This document shows positions 9,252 to 19,500 of a DNA stretch of 64,000 bases, one piece after another; position 1 is the first letter of the stretch; the number at the start of each line of letters is the position of its first letter. The notes under the pieces were generated by a model that was not told where the DNA came from, did not search any database, and saw only the letters and a list, made by a program, of their open reading frames with translations. A program made the translations under genes and the position numbers. The DNA is taken from positions 64,001 through 128,000 of IMG/VR virus record IMGVR_UViG_3300025645_000038; one strand, 5' to 3'. This stretch comes from a virus.

Positions 9252-9951
9252 ACAATTAAATCCAAGACTTACAGGTTCGTTTACCCTTTCTGGTAGTTTA
9301 TCAACAGAAAAGAATACACGAATTATAAGCAATTTAACAGAAATTATAAAGGTTACAGTAGTTTCTGATAATGGAAATAAGTATGCTTTTGAAGGTGCTA
9401 CTGCTCCTAATATCACAGTAGCTGAGGGAAAGACTTATAGATTTGATACATCTGATAGTACAAATAGTACCCATCCTTTTAGATTTAGTACCACATTAAG
9501 TGGAAGTTGGGCTGGCGGTAGTGCTTACACAACAGGAGTAACAGTAAATGGAACACCAGGACAAGGAGATTCATACACAGAAATTTCAATCAATAAAGTC
9601 ACACCTAATCATCTTTATTACTATTGTACTGCTCATGCTAATATGGGGAACGATGGTAAGTTACTTAAAAACGATTTTACAAACTTACATCTCGTAAGTG
9701 GTTCATCAGTATCAACCGGTTCGTTTGGACACTTAGTAGTACAAGGAAATGTGACTGCTAGTGGTACTGTAAGAGCAGATGCTTTCGAATCTGTTCAAGG
9801 TGGAGACACGATAAGTTTTGGAGATAATTTAAGTGTTACTGGTCAGATAACTGCGAGTGGTAATATAGATACTACAAGTGGTAGGGTATTTGAACAAGGA
9901 ACATCAGTAATAGACCATGCTACGGCGATGGCTATTGTATTTGGAGGATAA
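9232..9951 (+). CDS. Virion structural protein with a cupredoxin-like domain
   Basis: YRFDTSD..N..HPFRFS and LYYYCTAHANMG; carries one VSGSSVSTGSFG repeat shared with the fibre genes. Confidence 0.6.
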   Translation: MALLDSKQLNPRLTGSFTLSGSLSTEKNTRIISNLTEIIKVTVVSDNGNKYAFEGATAPNITVAEGKTYRFDTSDSTNSTHPFRFSTTLSGSWAGGSAYTTGVTVNGTPGQGDSYTEISINKVTPNHLYYYCTAHANMGNDGKLLKNDFTNLHLVSGSSVSTGSFGHLVVQGNVTASGTVRADAFESVQGGDTISFGDNLSVTGQITASGNIDTTSGRVFEQGTSVIDHATAMAIVFGG

Positions 9952-9953
9952 TA

Positions 9954-10277
9954 ATGGCTAATACTTTTAAAAATGCTGGAGTTGCTGTTGGAAATAGTGC
10001 TACTACTATTTATACTGCACCTGGTAGTACAACAGGAGTTATTCATGCAGTTTACATTAGTAATGTAGATGGAACGAATGACGCAACAATAGATTTGTAT
10101 GTAACAGATACAAGTGCTGGTTCTGATTTTTACATTATGAAAACAGTAGATGTACCAGCAGATTCAACTTTGGTAATTGAGAAACCTATTAATTTAGAAG
10201 CTGGTGATGTACTAAAAGCTGTTGCTTCAGCGGCTGGTGATTTACAAGCTTTTGCGAGTGTATTGGAAATAACATAA
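9954..10277 (+). CDS. Small beta-rich virion protein
   Basis: MANTFKNAG...KPINLEAGDVLK type small structural protein next to fibre genes. Confidence 0.55.
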   Translation: MANTFKNAGVAVGNSATTIYTAPGSTTGVIHAVYISNVDGTNDATIDLYVTDTSAGSDFYIMKTVDVPADSTLVIEKPINLEAGDVLKAVASAAGDLQAFASVLEIT

Positions 10278-10278
10278 T

Positions 10279-13200
10279 ATGGCTAACCTAAAATATATAG
10301 GTAAAAATATACTAAACCACACCCTTGAAATCAAGAAGGGTGATGTAAGTGGTTCGTCTAGTTCTACTGGTTCATTTGGTAGAGGTGAAGTAACCACATT
10401 AGAAGCATCTTCATTTGGAAGTAGTGCTAGTACTTTAATTAGTGGTTCATTTACATCAACAAGCTCCTCATTAGCTAGTAGAATTACCACAGCGGAAACA
10501 GAATTAGGTAATACCTTAATCAGTTCATCTGCTCAGATAGCTTCTGATATTAGTGGTTCATTTACATCAACAAGTTCATCACTTGCTGGTAGACTAACTA
10601 CAGAAGAAGGAAATGTAGATACACTTCAAGCTAGAGATTTAATAGCAGGAGCTGGTTTAACTGGTGGTGGAACATTAGCCTCTGATAGAACTTTCAATGT
10701 AGTCGGCGGAACTGGTATTACAGCAAATGCAAATGATATACAAGTAGATTTTTCAGACTCAACTTTACAGACTACAATTAGTGGTTCATTGGGTACTAAT
10801 GCTACATTGATAAGAAGTCTTACAGCAGCTGGTATTAGTGGTTCATTTACACCAACGAGTTCATCACTTGCTAGTAGACTAACCACAGAAGAAGGAAACG
10901 TAGATACTCTTCAAGCTAGAGATTTAATAGCTGGTACAGGTTTAACAGGTGGTGGAACATTAGCTTCTGATAGAACTTTTAACGTAGTCGGTGGAACTGG
11001 TATTACAGCAAATGCAAATGATATAGAAATAGATTTTTCAGATTCCACTTTACAAACCACAATTAGTGGTTCAGTTACTTCGGTAAGTTCTTCATTAGCT
11101 GGTAGGATTACTACTGAAGAAGGAAACGTAGATACTTTACAAGCTAGAGATTTAATAGCAGGAGCTGGTTTAACTGGTGGTGGAACACTAGCCTCCGATA
11201 GAACTTTTAATGTTGGTGCTGGAACAGGTGTTACTGTAAATGCTAACGATGTAGCTATTGGACAGGCAGTTGCAACATCTGATAATGTTACATTTGGTAG
11301 TGTGACTACAACAGGAAACATAAGTGGTTCATCAACCTCAACTGGTTCGTTTGGTCAAGGTCATTTTGCTAATAGTTTAGGTATCGGCACTACATCGCCA
11401 AGTGCCTTAATTCATGGAACTGGTACAAACGGTACAACATTAAGATTAAAAAATACAAGTAGTGCGTTAAATTATATCCATCTTGAAAATAGTGCGAATA
11501 CTGGTAACTTCATACAAACAAATGCTGATAGTATAATGTTAAACGCTGATGCATTTGGTTCTGGTGGTGATGTTAGATTAATGACTGGTAATACTATAAG
11601 AGTAAGAGTAAACGAACATGGATTAGGTATAAATGCCACACCAGCAGATGATATAAGATTGAGAGTTAAATCATCCGATAACGATGATGGTATTCAATTA
11701 GATGACCAAAGTGGTAATTCATTATTTAAAGTATTCCAACAATCAGATGGTGTTGGAAGATTATTTGTAGGTGGTAGCTCATCGGGTACAGTTTTTACTG
11801 TAACAGGTGGTGGTGATGCTTCCTATGTAAAGACAGGAACATTTGGTGTTGGCGTTACAAGCCCAACAGCAGAGCTAGATGTAAGTGGTTCTCTTCAAGT
11901 ATCTGGTCATATAAGTGGTTCATCATCCTCAACTGGTTCGTTTGGTAGAGTTGAATCGGACACATTTAATGCAACAACATTTACAAGTACAGAAGTAACC
12001 TCTACAAATCTAACGGTTACAGGAACAATAACTGGTTCTTCTTTAAATGTAAGTGGTGATGGTATATTCGGTGGTAACATAAGAGCAGTAGGTGATGTAA
12101 TAGCAGAAAGATATATTGTATCATCTTCGGTTACACATCTTACACAATCTTTTAGTAGCGGTTCTACGATTTTTGGGGATAGTGCTGATGATACTCATCT
12201 ATTTATTGGTAGTAAGATAAGTGGTTCATCAAACTTAACAGGTTCGTTTGGTGCTGTATCAATAGGAAAAGGAACTGCTGATAATCAAAGAGCACTTACC
12301 ATTTCTGGTAATGTTCAGTTAGATAACAATAATGCAATTTACTTTAAAAGGTCAACAGGTACAGCAGATCCTCATATAATTTATAATAGTAATAATGACT
12401 TTAATATTTTCAATCCACTTGCTGGTGAGATAAAATTTGCTGTAGGTAGTGCTGAAATAGTTGTTGTAGATAGTAGTGGATTAACATTTAACGGAAGTAA
12501 GACAATCGGTTCTTCTGCTGGTGCTGGTGTAATAACTATTGCGGGTAATAGTGGTTTAAAACTAAAGTCAGGTGGTGGCGGTGGTTCTGGTCCTATAGAA
12601 CTTATACAAGGTAGTACAACCTATTGGTCAGTAGGTACAAGTGGTGCTTTGACTGGTAGTGCTGACTTGGTGATGAATGCTGGAAAAAACATAAGTGGTT
12701 CAGCAACCTCAACTGGTTCGTTTGGTGAAGTTCATACTGAGGGTGTAAAAGGATTAGCTGGGGATTACAGTAGTGTATTATTAGTACCAGATACTTTACA
12801 ATTTGGCAATGATGCGGATTCAATGTTTAGAAGAAGAACTTCAAACGATGTTGAGTTTAGAATGGCTGGTTCAGATATAGTTAGGATAAACACAAGTGGT
12901 TTACAGGTTGAGAATGGTAATTTAGAAGTTGAAAGTGGTAATGTAATAGCTAGTGGAAACATAAGTGGTTCATCAACCTCAACTGGTTCGTTTGGTAATC
13001 TTAGGGTTGGTGATAGAACTGCTCATGCTAATAGATTTACAGCGTATGGTGGAAATGAAGGATTTAAGGTAGGTTACGCTCAATCAGGTTTCTTAGCTAG
13101 TACAGGTGCTGCTTCAGATGGTGCTGATGCAGAAATAGTAATGACAGGAACTGGTGGTTCTGCTCCATTTAATAATCATGGTAGTATCGTATATAAGACA

Positions 13201-16200
13201 AGAGCAGTTGATACATTACAAAGAAGTTCACATATATTCTACACAGGTAGAACATCTGCTGAAAGAGTAAGGATTGACCACGATGGTAATTTGGGTATTG
13301 GCACAGCTGCTCCTTACTATAAAGCTCATATATCATTTGATAATTCTACTACATCATTTAGTGGTGGTAGTAGTGGAAATTGGGGTGGTAACGGACTGCG
13401 AATTGAAAATACTAATAGTACAACAGATACAAAGGCAACCTTACAATTAAGAGCAAATGATTATGATGCTCTAATATCTGCAGTTAAGAAATCAGGTGGT
13501 AATACAGGTGAAGTACATTTTAACGTAGATCCTGATGCAAATACAAATCAACTTCTCACATTAGCAGGTTCTAAAATAAGCGGTTCATCAACCTCAACTG
13601 GTTCGTTTGGTCATTTGGTAGTTGATGATGCTATTAAAGTAGCACACGGTGGTACAGGTACTACATCTTTAACATCTAATGCTATATTAACTGGTAATGG
13701 AACTTCACCTATACAGGCAGAATCAGACCTTACATTTTCTCCTGGAGGTTCATTATCAATTTCAACTACTCAAGATCCAATTTTAATATTAAATAGAACT
13801 AGTGGTGGAAGTTCCGCTATACATTTTAAAAATTCTGGAACTACAAAAGCTTACATTTATTCAGACACTAGTCAGAATTTGTATTTTGGAAATCCAACTA
13901 CGAATCCAGTATTAAAGCTTAATGCCGATGGTTCTTCTGTATTTGCTGGTAATGTAAGTGGTTCATCAACTTCAACAGGTTCGTTTGGTAGAGGGTTTAT
14001 TGCTGATGATTTATTTGTAGGTGATGGTACAACAACTGGTGGTATAATATCAGGATACAAAGCTGATGGTGCTTACTTATACCTACAGAATAGCACTACC
14101 GGTACGGGTCCTGCTAAAGGTATATCACTACAGGCTTATCAAGACGATGGTTATGTGGGTAACTATTCTAATACATCTGGTAAGTTCATAATCTTTGTAA
14201 ACAATGGTAACACTCATGCAATAACTATCAATGGTACAACAAGTCACAAACTTCTCACATTAGAAGATTCTAAAATAAGTGGTTCATCAACCTCAACAGG
14301 TTCGTTTGGTTCTTTAATAGTTGATGGTGTGATACAAGGTGCTACCGAAATAGGTGGTGATTTAACTATAACGGATGCTACACCAGCATTAACTTTTAAT
14401 GATACAAATGAACATCCATCAAGAATAAGTGGTAATGGTAGTCATGTAACTTTACAAGCTGATTATAATAATACTGGTGCTGGTTCAAGGATTGATTTTG
14501 AGATAGATGGTACTAATCAAGCTAGATTGTATGGTCCTACTGGTGACCTTACATTGTATAATGGTGGATTAGTAACTGCTGGTAACATAAGTGGTTCATC
14601 AACCTCAACAGGTTCGTTTGGTGATGTTCATATTGTTGATAAACTTCTTATCGGTACTAAAACAGCTGATACTGTATGGAATTTTGTACCTAGAGTACAA
14701 ATAGAGGGTACAAATGCTGCTTCATCAGCTTTTAATATAGTTCGTAACAGTAATGATGGTTCTCCACCATATATTATAATGACCAAAACAAGAGGTAGTG
14801 CAGCTGGTGGAGATACTCTTGTTCAAAATGGTGATATACTTGGTAGAATACTATTCGCTGGCGCTGATGGTACTGATAGAGCTCCGATAGGAGCAAGAAT
14901 AGCAGCTGGCGTAGATGGTACACCAGGTGAAAATGATTTACCAACTGAGCTAACATTTTGGACTACTGCGGATGGAGCACAACAGCCAACACAAAGAATG
15001 GTTATCAAAAGTTCAGGAAAAGTAGGCATCGGCGAAACATCTCCTGATTACTTTGTACATATTAAAGATAGTGCTCACACAAGATTACAACTAGAAGCAG
15101 GTAGTGTAAACCATCAAACTTATCTACAATTTGAAGCAGATAGACCAGCAGAAAACGATACAATAGGAAATATACAATTTAGGGTTGCTGGAAATGTTTC
15201 ATCAGCTATTATAGGATATAGAGGAAGTGGAGATAGCTCAGGTTATACGGTATTTACAAGTGGTGGTACGACTGAAAGAATGAGACTAGCTGAAAGTGGT
15301 GATATAGTATTTAGTGGAGCTAATCAAAAAATAAGTGGTTCATCAACCTCAACTGGTTCTTTTGGTGTTGGTTTCTTTGACGATAGTGTTGGTATGGGAG
15401 TTGCACCTGGTAACTCAAGTTATTTGTTGAATATAGAAGCAGCTCAAACTTACGCTGCAAGATTTAAATCAAGAAAGACAACTTCATCTACTTCTCAAAG
15501 AACGATGATACTGGTTGGAAGTGGACAAGACAAAGGAGCTGGTATCTTCTTTCAAGGTCCAGGTACAAATCTTTCAATAGGTGTAAAGGAAGATAATAAG
15601 TTTCATATTGCACCTGGTAGAAATGATATTGGTGATTCTAGTGCTTATTCTGTTACTGTAGATACAAGTGGTAACTTTGAGGTTACTGCTGGAAACATAA
15701 GTGGTTCAGCAACATCAACAGGTTCGTTTGGTAGGGTAGAAGTAAATTCAATATCAGCTAGTCTTTATCAAGGACAAATCGGTTCTCGTTATGTTCATTC
15801 ACAAACATCTGATTCTGCTACTTGGTCAATAAATCACAACATAGGACATAAGTATCCTGTAGTTACTGTATATGATACAAGTGACCAAATGATTTTACCT
15901 GAAACAGGAACTGCTACAGACTCAGATACATTTACCCTAACATTTAATGAAGCTATTCAAGGAAAAGCTGTAGTTTCTGTTGGTGGAATCGGTGAAAATG
16001 CTGGTGGTAACTATATATTTACACAAGATTCTTCTACTACAAATTGGAGAGTTACACATAGTTTAAGTCAACAATATCCAAATGTAACTGTGTATGATGG
16101 TAGTAATCAAGTAATTATACCTGAAAGTATTACAGCTGCTAGTTCTAACGAAATGGATATCACATTTTCAGATGCTCAGAGTGGATATGCTAACTTTTCA

Positions 16201-16554
16201 ATCGGTAGTGGAATACCGAACATAAGTGCAGAAAATGCTGGTAAGGTTCTAAAGGTAAGGTCAGGTGGACAAGGTGTGGAATGGTCACCAACATCAAACG
16301 ATGTATCAGGCTCAATGTCTGTTTCCGGTAGTATAACACCAACGATAGACAACTTTCATAACTTAGGTTCTGCTACACATAGATGGGCTAACCTACATAC
16401 TGGTGATATTCAACTATCCAACGAAGGTTCGGAAGGAAACGAAGTAGATGGAACAACAGGCTCTTGGACAATACAGGAAGGCGAGGATGACTTATACTTA
16501 TTGAATAGGAAGAATGGTAAAAAGTACAAATTTAAATTAGAGGAGATTACCTAA
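10279..16554 (+). CDS. Giant modular fibre protein 1 (2091 aa)
   Basis: Gly/Ser/Thr-rich; 12 ISGSSTSTGSFG-type linkers, GIGTTSP-type motifs, C-terminal WANLHTGD...GSWTIQEGEDDLYL fibre motif. Confidence 0.8.
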   Translation: MANLKYIGKNILNHTLEIKKGDVSGSSSSTGSFGRGEVTTLEASSFGSSASTLISGSFTSTSSSLASRITTAETELGNTLISSSAQIASDISGSFTSTSSSLAGRLTTEEGNVDTLQARDLIAGAGLTGGGTLASDRTFNVVGGTGITANANDIQVDFSDSTLQTTISGSLGTNATLIRSLTAAGISGSFTPTSSSLASRLTTEEGNVDTLQARDLIAGTGLTGGGTLASDRTFNVVGGTGITANANDIEIDFSDSTLQTTISGSVTSVSSSLAGRITTEEGNVDTLQARDLIAGAGLTGGGTLASDRTFNVGAGTGVTVNANDVAIGQAVATSDNVTFGSVTTTGNISGSSTSTGSFGQGHFANSLGIGTTSPSALIHGTGTNGTTLRLKNTSSALNYIHLENSANTGNFIQTNADSIMLNADAFGSGGDVRLMTGNTIRVRVNEHGLGINATPADDIRLRVKSSDNDDGIQLDDQSGNSLFKVFQQSDGVGRLFVGGSSSGTVFTVTGGGDASYVKTGTFGVGVTSPTAELDVSGSLQVSGHISGSSSSTGSFGRVESDTFNATTFTSTEVTSTNLTVTGTITGSSLNVSGDGIFGGNIRAVGDVIAERYIVSSSVTHLTQSFSSGSTIFGDSADDTHLFIGSKISGSSNLTGSFGAVSIGKGTADNQRALTISGNVQLDNNNAIYFKRSTGTADPHIIYNSNNDFNIFNPLAGEIKFAVGSAEIVVVDSSGLTFNGSKTIGSSAGAGVITIAGNSGLKLKSGGGGGSGPIELIQGSTTYWSVGTSGALTGSADLVMNAGKNISGSATSTGSFGEVHTEGVKGLAGDYSSVLLVPDTLQFGNDADSMFRRRTSNDVEFRMAGSDIVRINTSGLQVENGNLEVESGNVIASGNISGSSTSTGSFGNLRVGDRTAHANRFTAYGGNEGFKVGYAQSGFLASTGAASDGADAEIVMTGTGGSAPFNNHGSIVYKTRAVDTLQRSSHIFYTGRTSAERVRIDHDGNLGIGTAAPYYKAHISFDNSTTSFSGGSSGNWGGNGLRIENTNSTTDTKATLQLRANDYDALISAVKKSGGNTGEVHFNVDPDANTNQLLTLAGSKISGSSTSTGSFGHLVVDDAIKVAHGGTGTTSLTSNAILTGNGTSPIQAESDLTFSPGGSLSISTTQDPILILNRTSGGSSAIHFKNSGTTKAYIYSDTSQNLYFGNPTTNPVLKLNADGSSVFAGNVSGSSTSTGSFGRGFIADDLFVGDGTTTGGIISGYKADGAYLYLQNSTTGTGPAKGISLQAYQDDGYVGNYSNTSGKFIIFVNNGNTHAITINGTTSHKLLTLEDSKISGSSTSTGSFGSLIVDGVIQGATEIGGDLTITDATPALTFNDTNEHPSRISGNGSHVTLQADYNNTGAGSRIDFEIDGTNQARLYGPTGDLTLYNGGLVTAGNISGSSTSTGSFGDVHIVDKLLIGTKTADTVWNFVPRVQIEGTNAASSAFNIVRNSNDGSPPYIIMTKTRGSAAGGDTLVQNGDILGRILFAGADGTDRAPIGARIAAGVDGTPGENDLPTELTFWTTADGAQQPTQRMVIKSSGKVGIGETSPDYFVHIKDSAHTRLQLEAGSVNHQTYLQFEADRPAENDTIGNIQFRVAGNVSSAIIGYRGSGDSSGYTVFTSGGTTERMRLAESGDIVFSGANQKISGSSTSTGSFGVGFFDDSVGMGVAPGNSSYLLNIEAAQTYAARFKSRKTTSSTSQRTMILVGSGQDKGAGIFFQGPGTNLSIGVKEDNKFHIAPGRNDIGDSSAYSVTVDTSGNFEVTAGNISGSATSTGSFGRVEVNSISASLYQGQIGSRYVHSQTSDSATWSINHNIGHKYPVVTVYDTSDQMILPETGTATDSDTFTLTFNEAIQGKAVVSVGGIGENAGGNYIFTQDSSTTNWRVTHSLSQQYPNVTVYDGSNQVIIPESITAASSNEMDITFSDAQSGYANFSIGSGIPNISAENAGKVLKVRSGGQGVEWSPTSNDVSGSMSVSGSITPTIDNFHNLGSATHRWANLHTGDIQLSNEGSEGNEVDGTTGSWTIQEGEDDLYLLNRKNGKKYKFKLEEIT
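10549..11220 (+). repeat. Three tandem in-frame repeats of about 80-95 aa (TTEEGNVDTLQARDLIAGxGLTGGGTLASDRTFNV)
   Basis: Near-identical protein and DNA copies starting at about 10549, 10834 and 11062. Confidence 0.9.
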
Positions 16555-19500
16555 ATGGCTATTTTTAGTGGTGACATATTTGCCGAAAATTATACTGTAT
16601 CATCATCTGTAACCAACGTTCAGATATCATCTGTCTCTGGTTCTACAAAGTCTGGTGATACACCAGATGACACTCATCAGTTTACTGGTTCTTTATTCAT
16701 AAGTGCTAGTAGGATTTCATTTGACGATGGTAAACAAAATATTGCTGTTGGTAAATCAGCTCTTTATGGTATTACTTCAGGAGCTGGAAATACTGCTATC
16801 GGTTATGAGGCATTATTAACAGAAGACACAGGTGGTGGTAATACAGCAATAGGTTATCAAGCATTAAAACTTAATAATAAAGATAGTTCTACAGCAGGAA
16901 ATACTGTTATAGGTTATCAAGCAGCTACTGCTTTTACTAGTCACCAAAGAAATACTATTATTGGTTATCAAGCTGCTTTATCTGCAGATGGTGGAGAAAA
17001 TAATAATACTATAATTGGCTGGCAAGCTGGAATGAGTATGAATAGTAATGATGCAAGTAATAATGTTATCATTGGAAAAGAAGCGGGTACTGGAGGAACT
17101 GGTACATTAGCAAGTGCGGTAATTATAGGTGAAGGTGCTATGAACTCAACTGCAAATCAAGCATCTACTGGACAAGTAGCAGTTGGTAGGAGTGCTCTTA
17201 CTGCACTTACATCAGGAATTGGTAATACTGCTATTGGATACAAAGCAGGTCAAGGAATAACCTCCGATAGTAGAAACACAATCATTGGATATGAAGCAGT
17301 ATACTCCTCATCATTAAATGATGATATGGTTGTTGTTGGACACAAAGCTGGTTACAATCTAAAAGGTGATTCTGAACATGGTGGTGTACTTATTGGTTCT
17401 GAAGCTGGATATAATTTAACAGACGATGCTACTTATGCATTACGACCTAATATGTTCATTGGATATCAAGCAGGCTACAATTTCACAACAGCTAATCCAA
17501 GTATGGGTATCGGATATAAAGCTTTATGGGGAGAATATGTAGGTGCTAATGGTACTAGTCACTCTAATATTTATGGTAGTAATTTAGCTATCGGTGATTT
17601 TGCTGGATACGCTGGTGGTAATACAACAGGATTTGGTGGTAACACATATGCAGGACACTTTTCTGGTGAAGGTCATGTAGGTGGTGGATCTACACATATC
17701 GGTTACGAAGCTGGTAGATACACAGCTTCTGGTTCTCAAGATGTTTTTATTGGATACAATGCAGGAAAGATTACACACTTATCAGGTGATTCATCAAGCA
17801 CTCCTACTGCTAGATTAGGTCTTAACGTTGCTATTGGTTATAAAGCTCTGATGTCTGGTGGTACAACTAATGTTGCTATTGGTCATGAAGCATTGACACA
17901 TCAATCTGGAAGTTCTAAAAATACCGCTGTTGGATACGCTGCAATGGAAAACTCAGCTAGAAATATATCAGGTGTGACTGCAGTTGGTTACTCTGCTGGT
18001 AGTTCTGCAACGGGATTTTATTCTGTTTTAATTGGAGAGGCGGCAGGATATAACGCTAGTATAGCTACTGTTTCAATTGGTTACTATGCTGGATACAGAA
18101 CAGCAGCTTATACAACAGCTATTGGTTATGGTGCACTTTCAAGAGGAACAGGTACCAGAAATGTTGCAGTTGGTACAGACACTCTACGAGGATATCCATA
18201 CACACAAAACCAAGAAACAGGTAACAGTACAGGTACAAATAATACTGCTATTGGTTATAATGCAGGACTAGCTTACAATTCTGCTAGTTATAATACTCTT
18301 GTTGGTTATTCAGCTGGATACCGTATTGATAATGGTGAATATACTGTTCACATTGGTAACGAAGCTGGTAGATACGCAACCGGTTCTCGAAATACGTTTG
18401 TAGGAAATGAAGCTGGTAAAGGTGGACAAGCATCTGCTCCGTATAGTTCAGGTCAGGATAATGTTTCTGTTGGATATAGATCTCTTTATAGTTTCACAAC
18501 AGGTCAAAGTAATGTTGCGATTGGAAAATCAGCAGCTCAAAATCTTACCACTGGAGTTTATAATACCGCAGTCGGTAATGAAGCTTACTCTGGTACAACG
18601 GGTAATAACAATACAATAATAGGAAGGGCTGCTGGCGCTTCAATGACAACTGGTCAACAAATTACAGCAGTTGGGGCTACAACATTTAACTATCTCACAG
18701 TTGCTACAGATTCTACTGCAATAGGATTCGATGCGGGAGAATATGCTACAGGTTCCTACAACACATTCGTAGGTTCATCTGCAGGAAAAGGTGGAACAAC
18801 TTCTGCTCCATTTAGTTCAGGTCAGAATAATACTGCTCTTGGATATCAAGCTCTTACTGCTTTCACGACTGGTGGTTCAAATACTGCTATTGGATATCAA
18901 GCTGGATATCTAATCTCATCAGGATCTTATAATGTAACTATGGGATATCAAGCTGGTTACAGTTTGGGTGGAACTTTTAATAATGTAATGATTGGTAATT
19001 ATGCGGGAGCACTTAGCAACACAATAAATAATAGGAATGTATATGTCGGTGATTCAGCAGGTAGATATCTCGATACAGGTATTGCAAATGTTGCTATCGG
19101 TTATGAAGCTATGGAGTCAGCTGGTTCTGGTAATGACGCCTCATATAACACCGCTATAGGATATCATGCATTGGAATCAATCACAGATGCTGATTACAAT
19201 ACCGCTATAGGACAAGCCGCAGGTCAAAATATTGAGGGTGGTAGTGGTCAGAACGTATTTATTGGAAACAGTGCTGGTATAACTTCAGTTACCAGTGCAT
19301 TCAATATAATGATTGGAGTAAGTGCAGGTCTTGCTGCTACGGATGTGGATAAAACAGTTCTGATAGGATGGAACGCTGGAAGAAACACAACCGCAGACGG
19401 AACAATCGCTATCGGATACCAAGCTTTGCTCGAACACACGACTGGTGTAAGAAATATTGCTATTGGTAGAGATGCAATGAAAGGCACAAACGCTGGTTCT

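Noticed and set aside
10345-15732. 36-bp direct repeats as a CRISPR array
   Set aside because: The repeats are in-frame coding and degenerate, are separated by hundreds of bp of variable length, and no cas genes are present.
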